The notes under the pieces: model-generated
Database searches by the model: none
Told to the model about the DNA's origin: nothing
The model's input: only the letters and a program-made list of their open reading frames with translations
Position numbers and translations under genes: made by a program
Shown: piece by piece, positions 26,521-35,912 of the stretch
Layout: every line of letters begins with the position of its first letter
Numbering within the stretch: position 1 is the first letter of the stretch
Origin: Alphaproteobacteria bacterium
Lineage (GTDB): Bacteria; Pseudomonadota; Alphaproteobacteria; Rs-D84
Reading direction: 5' to 3'
Length of the DNA: 60,103 nt
Assembly: GCA_017631895.1 (NCBI GenBank)
Contig: JAGBSK010000035.1
Coordinates: 1-60,103, forward strand

Positions 26521-28668
26521 TTTGTCGCTTTTGGCGGATTGCATCTTATCCCATTCCGTTTCAAGCCATGTGCGGATGGCAACCTTGCCAGTTTCATCAT
26601 CAGTACCAATGGCATCTTGCATACATTGTTCACGTATCGCCGCTGAATCCGTGCTGGTACGAGAATCAAAGTCAGTACCTACCGTCGCACCCGTGCCATT
26701 CAAGATTTCATTCAGGGTCACAATGTTGCGACATGTGTTTGTTGTATAATCCTGGCTGTTTTTGCAATCCGGGCTGTCAGCCTTGTCGATAACAGCCTTG
26801 AACTGGGATGTAGATGGATTACAAATCATTTCTTCATAGCAAGACGGTACGTTTGCAACCTGAGAACAATATGTGCGGATGCGCGACGCCGTCCAAACGG
26901 TGCTGTTGCCCGGCCCATGGGAATCCAACTGGGCGTCATAACATTCGTACAGTTCGCTGATACATGCGTCAAAGTTCGTACCAGCCTGGACCGCGTCAGC
27001 CAATATCGTGTCGCGTTCTTCGGTCGCAAATTCCAGACGCTTTTGTTGCAGGGCCTGTTGCGCTGCCACCTTTTGATAGCCAATATTCTGGGCCGTTGTG
27101 CGCAACTGTTCGCCATAGGCATCACAATCCGCGTTCGCATCCAATGCATATTTCTGCATAATGCTGCGACGCGCGTCGGCAACTGGACCGCGCAAGTTTG
27201 AATATGGGTCGCCTGATGTTGATGTATAGCCAAAGCATGTCGCGGAATTCGATGCGGAATAACCGCTGTTTGCCTTAACAAAATTCAATTCATACGTACC
27301 AGAATTATTAACGGTGATATTGCTGTTGTAATTATATGGACACTGGGACGCGCCATTGGAACATTTTGTCCCAGATGGTGGGGTTCCGCAGGCCTCGTAT
27401 ATTCCGTTAAAACACGAATCCAATACGCGTGCACAAACGTTGTTGTGCGCGTATTCAAACAATTCATAGCCCCATGTTTCAGCCAGGCTGTCCTTTAATT
27501 CATCGGATGAATCCAATGCGCCACCGAATCCGCCCAGACCACTGACCACATTGGACAGTTCTTTGAACGCGTCGTCAACGCGTTTATTGTCTTCGTCCAG
27601 AATGGTTATTGTATTTTCCTTGGCATCGGCCCATGCCTGCAAGGACGCCAGAATATCAGAACCACTGCCGTCCAGGTTGGTGACTTCAAAACCAAAACTG
27701 TTGCCCGCGATTGAACAATATTTAGGCTTGGCACATGAAGATACGCTGCCCCCATTTTCAGCATAAATGCCGTGATTAGAACACCATTCAATAGCTTCGT
27801 CGGAACTTTGACCATATTGGTTGGTCACATCCTGCCATGAAACACAGTTCATAACCTTTTCTGCGTCGGTTAACTGAAACGCCTCGGACACATCTTTGCC
27901 CTTGTTCGCGATTAACAATGCCAATTCACCAGAAACCTTGATCAATTCTTCGTTTGCGGTCTCTAATGCGGTTTCAGCCTCGGCAAATGCCTTGACACGG
28001 CCGGCACATGCGCAACGACGTTGCGCCGCATTGCGCGCCGTACAGATTTCGTCCATACAGGTATAGTATGATTCCATACAGTTGTTAAACGCGTCCGCCG
28101 AAATCAGACCCGTTGTGGAATCGATAATGTTTGAATAGTTGCCCGTGTACAGTTTGCTGTTCAAATAAGAATAAGGTGTGGTCGCCGCAGATGTTTTAGA
28201 ACCGCGGATTGCGCTGCCCTGCAACGATACGCGGGCGTTGTTGGTTGCGTCCGTTGTTGCGGTACGGGCGCGAACTGTGCGCGTGTTGTTTGCGTTGGCG
28301 CGGGATGTCGCCGCAGTTTGACGCGATACGACATTACGGGATGGTGCCACATTGGCGCGATTTGCATTTGCACGCGATGCCACGGCGCGGGATTGTACCG
28401 TACTGCGTGAATTTGCGGCACGCGACGCGTTTGCCGTCGTTGTGCGCGCAGTTGTCGCACGTGATGTGGCGGCGCGCGGACTGGCACGACCCGCACGTGG
28501 GGACGTGCGACCGTTTTGATTTGAATACATTGCGTCCGCCGGTGCAATCGGATCTGCAAAAACCGAACGAATTGACAACATTGTCGAACAGACAAAAAAA
28601 GCACCAGCCAACAAAAACACCGTTCCAAGTGCATTTTTAACGGAATTTGCAACTTTCTGACTTGTCAT
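26518..28668 (-). CDS. large secreted or anchored cysteine-rich protein with basic low-complexity N-terminal module, function unknown
   Basis: Start at MTSQKVANSV (ATG 28668, AAGGAGAG SD). Hydrophobic signal or anchor GTVFLLAGAFFVCSTMLSIRSVFA. ~110 aa of R/A/S/T/N low complexity. Then ~530 aa containing 24 Cys by my count. Confidence 0.7.
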   Translation of the reverse strand: MTSQKVANSVKNALGTVFLLAGAFFVCSTMLSIRSVFADPIAPADAMYSNQNGRTSPRAGRASPRAATSRATTARTTTANASRAANSRSTVQSRAVASRANANRANVAPSRNVVSRQTAATSRANANNTRTVRARTATTDATNNARVSLQGSAIRGSKTSAATTPYSYLNSKLYTGNYSNIIDSTTGLISADAFNNCMESYYTCMDEICTARNAAQRRCACAGRVKAFAEAETALETANEELIKVSGELALLIANKGKDVSEAFQLTDAEKVMNCVSWQDVTNQYGQSSDEAIEWCSNHGIYAENGGSVSSCAKPKYCSIAGNSFGFEVTNLDGSGSDILASLQAWADAKENTITILDEDNKRVDDAFKELSNVVSGLGGFGGALDSSDELKDSLAETWGYELFEYAHNNVCARVLDSCFNGIYEACGTPPSGTKCSNGASQCPYNYNSNITVNNSGTYELNFVKANSGYSASNSATCFGYTSTSGDPYSNLRGPVADARRSIMQKYALDANADCDAYGEQLRTTAQNIGYQKVAAQQALQQKRLEFATEERDTILADAVQAGTNFDACISELYECYDAQLDSHGPGNSTVWTASRIRTYCSQVANVPSCYEEMICNPSTSQFKAVIDKADSPDCKNSQDYTTNTCRNIVTLNEILNGTGATVGTDFDSRTSTDSAAIREQCMQDAIGTDDETGKVAIRTWLETEWDKMQSAKSDK

Positions 28669-28754
28669 AAAAACTCTCCTTGTGTTCTGGAAGGCCCAGA
28701 AACCCAACCTTTCTATACGCAAACACCACGCATTATGCATGCATGTTTGTTTTA

Positions 28755-28783
28755 ATTATAACAATTTTTTTAAGGTCTGTAAA
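28755..28783 (-). promoter_or_regulatory. strong promoter candidate for the Cys-rich protein gene
   Basis: TTTACA-N17-TATAAT with a TGT extended -10 on the minus strand, immediately after the der stop. Predicted 5' UTR ~80 nt. Confidence 0.5.
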
Positions 28784-28787
28784 TAGT

Positions 28788-30122
28788 TTAGTCGTATGGA
28801 TTGTCTGATTTTTCGTATTCAATCACAATTGGCAAATGCTCCCAATGCAACGCGGTCGCAATTCCACGACGCAGGTATCGCGTATAAGATTCTGGAATGT
28901 CCGACGCACCACCGACATTGATTGTAATACGCATTGGATGACGCCCCGTTTGGCGTGCAAACTTAATCTTCATCGGGCGTTTCAGGCGCGACAACGGTGG
29001 TTGGCGATCGGCAACCAATTTTTCAACAATACGATTTACCAGACTGGTTGGTGCCTGGGCCGATGAAATATCCCATTGTTCATAAATGCGGCGGAACATA
29101 TTCTGAACCCCCGTTCCCGTTTCAGCAGATACCGCTAAAATCATTGGCTTGATAATCTGGTGGAACGAATTTGAAAACTGATGTTTCAATTTCAGCAATT
29201 TTTCATCGCGGATTTCTGGTTCAACCAAATCCCACTTGTTCAACGCAACACACAAAATCTTGCCCGCATTATAGACACGCGCAGCGATTCCCAACGCCTG
29301 GTTTTCAATATTGCGTGTGGCATCAACCATCAAGATTACAACGTCCGCTTTGTCAATTGCATCCAATGATTTTAATGCGGACAACGTTTCAACATCGTCG
29401 GTGACCCCAGCCTTGCGACGCAGGCCCGCAGTATCCATTAACACAATGTCGCGACCATAGAACTTTGTCGGAATTTTGACCGTATCACGTGTAATGCCGG
29501 GCGCGTCCATTACAATCTGACGACGTTCCCCCAGGACGCGATTTACAAATGTTGATTTGCCGACATTAGGCTGACCCAAAATTGCGATTTTAATACGCGA
29601 ATCAGCTGGCTGTTCTGGTGCCGGCAGGTCTGCTGTATCGCCCGCAATTTTATCCAAAAAAGCATAAATTTCTTCGAATCCGCGTTTGTGTTCCGCAGAT
29701 ACCAAGACAGGTTCGCCAAAACCCAATTTATAAAAATCATGCACGTTCGCAAGGCGTTTTGCCGATTCGCTTTTGTTCACCAGCAGCAATACCGGCGCAC
29801 GCGTTTTACGACGAACCAATTTTGCCCAGTCCAGATCTTCGTTAGTCAATCCCACACGACCATCAACAACAAACAAAACCGCATCCGATGTTGCGACCGC
29901 ATCAATTGCCATATTTGTCGAATCCAACGCAATGCCAGAATTCGCGCGTTCCAGGCCCGCCGTGTCATACAGCGTATATGGACGATCGCGAAAATTGCCC
30001 GAAATTGTATCGCGCGTGACGCCCGGACGGTCATGCACAAGTGCGTCACGCGTTCCCGTCAGCGCGTTAAAAAGTGTCGATTTGCCCGTGTTTGGGCGAC
30101 CTGCTATTGTTATTTTCATCAT
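28788..30122 (-). CDS. der: ribosome-associated GTPase Der/EngA
   Basis: Tandem G domains (GRPNTGKSTLFN...DTAG...NKSE and GQPNVGKSTFVN...DTAG...NKWD) plus KH-like C-terminus. Start placed at MMKITIAG (30122). The 36-aa hydrophobic extension in the track is unlikely. Confidence 0.95.
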   Translation of the reverse strand: MMKITIAGRPNTGKSTLFNALTGTRDALVHDRPGVTRDTISGNFRDRPYTLYDTAGLERANSGIALDSTNMAIDAVATSDAVLFVVDGRVGLTNEDLDWAKLVRRKTRAPVLLLVNKSESAKRLANVHDFYKLGFGEPVLVSAEHKRGFEEIYAFLDKIAGDTADLPAPEQPADSRIKIAILGQPNVGKSTFVNRVLGERRQIVMDAPGITRDTVKIPTKFYGRDIVLMDTAGLRRKAGVTDDVETLSALKSLDAIDKADVVILMVDATRNIENQALGIAARVYNAGKILCVALNKWDLVEPEIRDEKLLKLKHQFSNSFHQIIKPMILAVSAETGTGVQNMFRRIYEQWDISSAQAPTSLVNRIVEKLVADRQPPLSRLKRPMKIKFARQTGRHPMRITINVGGASDIPESYTRYLRRGIATALHWEHLPIVIEYEKSDNPYD

Positions 30123-30189
30123 TACTTTTTTCCGTTGATTTTTTGTAATTATAAAGCAAAAATATAAATAATCAAATAGGGGTATAAAT

Positions 30190-30786
30190 ATGATTAAAAA
30201 AATCAAAAATGCGTTCAAACATATTCGCAATCTGATCGTTAATCCGAAACGCTATTTTACCAAGATTGTTGCCGATGGTAATATGGAAGAAGCCATGTTA
30301 AAGGCATTCTTGTACGGCCTGTTGGGCGGATGTTTGGTTTTGTTAATTCGTCTGTTGGGTGGCGCAACTATTACAATCGGCGCAATTTTCACAGCAATCA
30401 TTATTGTGCCTGTGTTAGCGGTGGCATTGTTGTTCGTGTTTGGGGGACTGATGATGCTGGTGTCTGAAATTACAGGTGGGGAACGCGACTGGGAAATTGC
30501 GATTAAGGGCTTGGCGTCTGTGTTCTTTATTTACCCCGTGATTTTGGTTTTGAACGCGATGGCGTTTAACTGTACATCGATTTGGGTTATCAGTATGCTG
30601 GTTGATGTGTATGTGTTATTCCTGTTCTACAATATATCGCTGTATTGCATGCGCGGGAAACGTGGGAATGTTTTGCTGGTAATCTGTGTGTTGGTATTGT
30701 TTATGATAACTGTCTATGCAACAGATTATCGCATTGGATGGTTTATGTTAAAGAACACCAGCGCAACATTGGCGTGTTTGTTATAA
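30190..30786 (+). CDS. polytopic membrane protein, Yip1-like architecture
   Basis: 198-aa ORF. Short cytosolic N-terminus then ~5 hydrophobic spans. AGGGG SD. 28 nt upstream of the ABC ATPase gene. The family call rests on architecture only. Confidence 0.5.
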   Translation: MIKKIKNAFKHIRNLIVNPKRYFTKIVADGNMEEAMLKAFLYGLLGGCLVLLIRLLGGATITIGAIFTAIIIVPVLAVALLFVFGGLMMLVSEITGGERDWEIAIKGLASVFFIYPVILVLNAMAFNCTSIWVISMLVDVYVLFLFYNISLYCMRGKRGNVLLVICVLVLFMITVYATDYRIGWFMLKNTSATLACLL

Positions 30787-30814
30787 CGCGATAACATTGG
30801 CGAGAGAGAATAAT

Positions 30815-31543
30815 ATGAAAAAAAAATCCGCACAAGATGCGATTATTTCGCTGAAAAACATTAATAAAAGTTTCCCAATAGAACTGGGTGGGGAACAACA
30901 GGTTTTATTTGATATAAACTTTACGATTATGCCGGGCGAGTTTGTCGCAATTATGGGACCGTCAGGGTCGGGCAAATCAACGTGCATGAATATAATTGGC
31001 GCGCTGGACACACCAACGTCTGGCGTCTATGAACTGTACGGTCGGGACGTGACCGGTTTGACGCCGGACGAATTAGCAACTGTTCGAAACGAGCATATCG
31101 GATTCGTTTTTCAGCAATTTAATTTGTTGCCAAAGCGTAGCGTGCTGGACAATGTAATGTTGCCGCTGATGTATCGTGGGATGCATATGGATGAACGCGT
31201 CCGTCGTGCGCGTGAGATGTTAAAGCGTGTGGGTTTGGAAAATTTTGAATCTTATTTGCCAACACAATTGTCAGGCGGAATGAAGCAACGTGTTGCAATT
31301 GCACGCGCGTTGGCGGGGGAACCGAAACTGATTCTGGCGGACGAACCAACAGGTGCATTGGACAGTAAAATGGGACATGATATTTTGCAATTCTTTAAGC
31401 AACTTAATAAAGATTTAGGAATCACAATTGTTATGATTACCCATGAGTTCGATATTGCAAAATACGCTAATCGTTTAATACATATTCGCGATGGAAAAAT
31501 TAACTATGACGGGGCAATTCCGCGCAACGATAACAATTTATAG
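30815..31543 (+). CDS. ABC transporter ATP-binding protein (MacB/LolD-like)
   Basis: Walker A GPSGSGKST, Q-loop, signature LSGGMKQRVAIARAL, Walker B ILADEPTGALD, H-loop ITHE. ATG 30815 preceded by GAGAGAG. Confidence 0.93.
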   Translation: MKKKSAQDAIISLKNINKSFPIELGGEQQVLFDINFTIMPGEFVAIMGPSGSGKSTCMNIIGALDTPTSGVYELYGRDVTGLTPDELATVRNEHIGFVFQQFNLLPKRSVLDNVMLPLMYRGMHMDERVRRAREMLKRVGLENFESYLPTQLSGGMKQRVAIARALAGEPKLILADEPTGALDSKMGHDILQFFKQLNKDLGITIVMITHEFDIAKYANRLIHIRDGKINYDGAIPRNDNNL

Positions 31544-31555
31544 GGGAATTTTATA

Positions 31556-32773
31556 ATGACAATTAATGATATTTTCAAGGAATCTTGGCTGTCTATCAGC
31601 GGGAATAAAATTCGTTCTTTTCTGACCGTGTTGGGGATTATTATCGGTGTTATGGCGGTGGTGATTATGGTTGCGGTGGGCGAAACCGTACAAAAAGAAA
31701 TCACAGACCAGTTTTCATCACTGGGGACAAACACTATTATGATTCGCGCAGGCGCGGCGCAGACCGCCGGCGTTCGTACCGGAAATCGTCAGACGCTGAC
31801 CATTCAGGACGCTGAGTTTATCGGAAAATTACCAGACGTTATGGCAATCAGCCCCGTTCAAAACGGTTCCGCCCAGGCGATTTATGGGAATAAAAACTGG
31901 GGGACATCCATGGTAGGTGTTTATCCGGACTATACCACTGTTCAAAACATCGAAATGGAATTTGGTACGTTCTTTGATATGTCTTCCGTTCGCAACGCAT
32001 CTACATACGCGGTAATTGGACCAGAAACGGCCGAAGAATTAGGGTTGCCAGAAAACCCCGTGGGCGAAGTTATTCGTGTTCAAAATACCCCGTTTGTTAT
32101 TATCGGTGTCACCAAGGCTAAGGGTGATTCCGCCATGGGCAGTCAGGACGACATGATTCTGATTCCAATCACAACATTAAAGAAACGTTTGCAGGGGTCA
32201 AGATTTCCAAATTCTGTTAATATGATTGCGCTGAAATTGTTCGCAGATTCAGACAACAACATGGCAATTGAACAGATAACCGCCCTGTTGCGTCAACGAC
32301 ACAGACTGAAAGACGATGCGGTTGATGATTTCCAAATTATGGACATGAAACAAGTTATGGAAACAATGACGACCGTTACCGGGTATATGAAGTTGCTGTT
32401 GATTGCGATTGCAGCGGTATCGTTGTTAGTGGGCGCAATCGGTATTATGAACATGATGCTGGTGTCGGTGGCAGAGCGCACACGCGAAATCGGTATTCGC
32501 AAGGCAATTGGCGCACGTGAACGGATGATTATTATTCAGTTTTTGTCTGAATCTGTTTTAATTTCGTTTATCGGTTCTATGATTGGTCTGATTATTGGCG
32601 TTGGGCTAAGCCAGGGCGTGGGACGATTTATACTGGGGTATAATGTGCCATTCAGTATTTGGCCGGTGGTTTTGTCTGTATCGGTTGCGGTAATTGTGGG
32701 ATTATCGTCCGGGGTTATGCCGGCGATGAAGGCGGCAAAACTGAACCCGATTGACAGTCTGCGATACGAATAA
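31556..32773 (+). CDS. ABC transporter permease, MacB-type (periplasmic core domain plus FtsX)
   Basis: 405-aa ORF. N-terminal TM (IRSFLTVLGIIIGVMAVVIMV), ~220-aa periplasmic domain, three C-terminal TMs with the REIGIRKAIGAR motif. Confidence 0.9.
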   Translation: MTINDIFKESWLSISGNKIRSFLTVLGIIIGVMAVVIMVAVGETVQKEITDQFSSLGTNTIMIRAGAAQTAGVRTGNRQTLTIQDAEFIGKLPDVMAISPVQNGSAQAIYGNKNWGTSMVGVYPDYTTVQNIEMEFGTFFDMSSVRNASTYAVIGPETAEELGLPENPVGEVIRVQNTPFVIIGVTKAKGDSAMGSQDDMILIPITTLKKRLQGSRFPNSVNMIALKLFADSDNNMAIEQITALLRQRHRLKDDAVDDFQIMDMKQVMETMTTVTGYMKLLLIAIAAVSLLVGAIGIMNMMLVSVAERTREIGIRKAIGARERMIIIQFLSESVLISFIGSMIGLIIGVGLSQGVGRFILGYNVPFSIWPVVLSVSVAVIVGLSSGVMPAMKAAKLNPIDSLRYE

Positions 32774-32826
32774 GCATGCGTATCTATGCCTTGAAAACTG
32801 GGAATTAATGATTTATACTGGGAATC

Positions 32827-33885
32827 ATGAAGATTTTAAACCGGTATTTTTTGCGTCAATTGATTGCAATTTTTGTTATGCTGTTGCTGATTTTAACGGG
32901 ATTGGCATGGATGATGCAGATTATGTCCATGATGAAATTCTTGTTAAAATACGGGATTGATGTTGGCAGTTTTTTAGGTTTGACCGCACTGATGATTCCG
33001 TTTATCGCATCAATTATCGTGCCGTTTGTTTGCTTTATTGCCGTAATATTTGTTTATAACAAGATGATTGGCGACAATGAAATTACCGTGATGGCGGCAT
33101 CTGGGTTGTCGCCACGTCAGATTGCACGTCCAGCATTGATTTTGGGGTCGGTGTTGATGGTATTGAATCTGATACTAAGTATATGGATTGTGCCACGCAG
33201 TCAGGCATTGTTTTATGACACACAATGGAATCTGCAATATGGTATGGCGCATATGAAATTACAAGAAAGTGCTTTTACCGAAATATCTGATGGATTGGTT
33301 GTTTATGTGGACCGTGTGTCGGGGCATGATTTGGCACAGGTTATGTTGTCTGATATGCGCGATGAAAATGCACCGTCTATGATTTTCGCAGAAAAAGGCA
33401 AATTAGTATCGACCACACGTGGGTTGTCGCTGGTTATGACAAATGGTTCATTACAGGCGTCGGGTGATACTATGGTGACGGGGACATTTGAAACATTTGA
33501 TATGGATTTGAATGTTGTTGACCGTGGCGATAATACTTCATTCAAGGTGCGTCGTGTTTCAACGCCTGATTTGTTGCGTGTCGTATTTGATGCAGAAACA
33601 AAAAAACGGCATAAAACCATTTTGACCGAAATGTGCAACCGTTTTTTAAGTCCGATAATGAACCTGATATTGGCCGCGTTATGTGCAACAATTTTATTAC
33701 GAACGTCTTTGTTGCGACGTCGTGCCAGTTTTGCGCCCATGGTCGCCGTTGGCGCAATGGCGGGCGTGATGGGATTGTATATGTCGCTGTCTAATATGGT
33801 GTCCAGTTTGACCGGGTTTGGGATGCTGGCAATTGGGTTGGTGGCATTACTTGTGATGATATTGGCGATATTGGCAAAGAAATGA
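32827..33885 (+). CDS. LptF/LptG-family LPS export permease (YjgP/YjgQ)
   Basis: 352-aa ORF. MKILNRYFLRQLIAIF N-terminus typical of the family. 3+3 TM with a central periplasmic domain. ATGA overlap with lptD. Confidence 0.8.
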   Translation: MKILNRYFLRQLIAIFVMLLLILTGLAWMMQIMSMMKFLLKYGIDVGSFLGLTALMIPFIASIIVPFVCFIAVIFVYNKMIGDNEITVMAASGLSPRQIARPALILGSVLMVLNLILSIWIVPRSQALFYDTQWNLQYGMAHMKLQESAFTEISDGLVVYVDRVSGHDLAQVMLSDMRDENAPSMIFAEKGKLVSTTRGLSLVMTNGSLQASGDTMVTGTFETFDMDLNVVDRGDNTSFKVRRVSTPDLLRVVFDAETKKRHKTILTEMCNRFLSPIMNLILAALCATILLRTSLLRRRASFAPMVAVGAMAGVMGLYMSLSNMVSSLTGFGMLAIGLVALLVMILAILAKK

Positions 33886-35897
33886 TAAAAAGATGGTCTG
33901 CATTTTTATTGTTTATTTTGGCATCCGCAAATGCGGATGCAATGTCTGTTAATATGGACGAACCAAGAACAATTACCGCCGACCGTATTGAATATGATGT
34001 AAAATCTGAAACAATTAAAACCGTTGGAAACACAGAAATTGTAAATCAGTCGGGGCAAAGAATGACCCTGACCGATTCTTATATCACACAACAGGGCGAA
34101 GAATTATCAGGCGATGACATCAGATTGTGGCTGGGCAATCATGTGTATGTCGAATCAGATAATATCACGCGCAAGGGGAACCTGACAATTGCGCGGCACG
34201 CAACATTTACGGCATGTGATGATTGTGATGCGTACGGCGACGCATGGGAAATTTCGACATACAAAATTATTCATGATATGGATTCGCGCATGTTGAAATT
34301 TTACAGTCCCGTATTGCGCACGTACGACATACCTGTTCTGTGGTGGCCATACTTTGAAATGCCCGACCCTGGGGTTAAGTATAAGACGGGTTTTTTAATG
34401 CCCGACTTTGAATCAACGAATAAAATGGGGACCCAGATAAATATTCCGCTGTACATATCGTTGTCTGACACCCACGATATGACATTTACATTTTCATATC
34501 TGACCCAGGAAAACCCATTGTTCCAATTTGAACACAGATTAAATGCCGAACATTCTGAATACAGAACCCATGGTTCTTTTACGCATAATCGCGAAGGTGA
34601 AAGCCGTTGGCATATATTTAATGATGATGTAATTGAACTGGGCGAATATGCACGCGCAACTGTATTCCTGGAACGCGCGTCTGATAAAACATATTTGCAG
34701 AAATATGGATTCTATGAAGACCAGCCGTACTTGGAATCAGGTGCAAAACTGGAATTATTCGGACAAAGCAGTTATGTTGTGGCGGACGCACATATATTCC
34801 AGGAACTGCGTGACAGTACGGGTATTCAAACCGCACCAGATGGTGATATTTTGCCAAACATTCGTGCTGTACACCAGACTGCGCCATTGTTTGGTGAAAC
34901 ATATGCAACGTTTGCCGCTGATGTGTTGGGAATTTCGGGCGACGGGACATCCGCCCAGCGTATGATTGGGGATGCACGTCTGACCACACCGTGGACATTG
35001 TGGGGGGGCAATCGATTGACGGCAAGTGTTTCCGCACGATATGACCTGTATCATTTTCATAATACAGAAATGATTGACGGGGCGATTTATTCTGGGTTCA
35101 AGAATCGTTTTCTGCCCAGCGGATACTTGGAATGGGGATTGCCTTTGTTCAAGCCGACGAATAATTGGACACAGATTATTGAACCACGCGCGCGTTTGAC
35201 CGTTATGCGCGAAATGGATGCGGAAACATTTGCAACAAACAATGATTCTGCGGGAACAATTTTGACTGATTCTGTACTGTTTTCAGATAATCGTTTTGCT
35301 GGATTGGATTTGTGGGAAAATGGTACGTATGCGGACTATGGCGTGCGTTGGGCCGCGTTTAACGAAGATGGTACAAACGTGGAAATTTTCCTGGGGCAAT
35401 CGTATGACTTTACAGAACGACCAGACACAGAACTGGATACTGGTTTTAGAAATGGTTTGTCGGACTATGTGGGACGCGTCAGTTATAATGATATGAAATT
35501 GCTGAATGTGGCGACGCGTTTCAGGTTAAGCCAGGACACACTTGTACTGCGTCATATGGAAACAACTGCAAACATTGGCAGTTCGCGAAACTTTTTCAAC
35601 GTTGGGCATATTTGGTCCCAGCATTGGAATACTGAATTGCGCGAAAATGTCAATATTAACGAGGCGATTATTGGTGCAGGCATACAATTAACAAACCGCT
35701 GGTCAATGCGATGGAATGCAATTTACAATATAGAAGAAAAACAATTCCAACGCCATACAGGTGGATTTTTCTATAATCATCCGTGCTATTATCTGTCGGT
35801 GGAATATCGTCGTGATAACGCCATTAAAGAAGACTATGTCGGAACCACCACATTCCAGTTCAGATTCGGTATGGCCATCAATGGTCAGCAATATTAA
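33882..35897 (+). CDS. lptD: LPS-assembly outer-membrane protein LptD
   Basis: 671-aa ORF. Signal peptide, OstA-like N-terminal domain (ITADRIEYDVKSETIKTVGNTEI), PYFEMPDPGVKYKTGFLMPDF and a large beta-barrel C-terminus. Confidence 0.85.
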   Translation: MIKRWSAFLLFILASANADAMSVNMDEPRTITADRIEYDVKSETIKTVGNTEIVNQSGQRMTLTDSYITQQGEELSGDDIRLWLGNHVYVESDNITRKGNLTIARHATFTACDDCDAYGDAWEISTYKIIHDMDSRMLKFYSPVLRTYDIPVLWWPYFEMPDPGVKYKTGFLMPDFESTNKMGTQINIPLYISLSDTHDMTFTFSYLTQENPLFQFEHRLNAEHSEYRTHGSFTHNREGESRWHIFNDDVIELGEYARATVFLERASDKTYLQKYGFYEDQPYLESGAKLELFGQSSYVVADAHIFQELRDSTGIQTAPDGDILPNIRAVHQTAPLFGETYATFAADVLGISGDGTSAQRMIGDARLTTPWTLWGGNRLTASVSARYDLYHFHNTEMIDGAIYSGFKNRFLPSGYLEWGLPLFKPTNNWTQIIEPRARLTVMREMDAETFATNNDSAGTILTDSVLFSDNRFAGLDLWENGTYADYGVRWAAFNEDGTNVEIFLGQSYDFTERPDTELDTGFRNGLSDYVGRVSYNDMKLLNVATRFRLSQDTLVLRHMETTANIGSSRNFFNVGHIWSQHWNTELRENVNINEAIIGAGIQLTNRWSMRWNAIYNIEEKQFQRHTGGFFYNHPCYYLSVEYRRDNAIKEDYVGTTTFQFRFGMAINGQQY

Positions 35898-35912
35898 GGA
35901 AAGGGGAAAACT

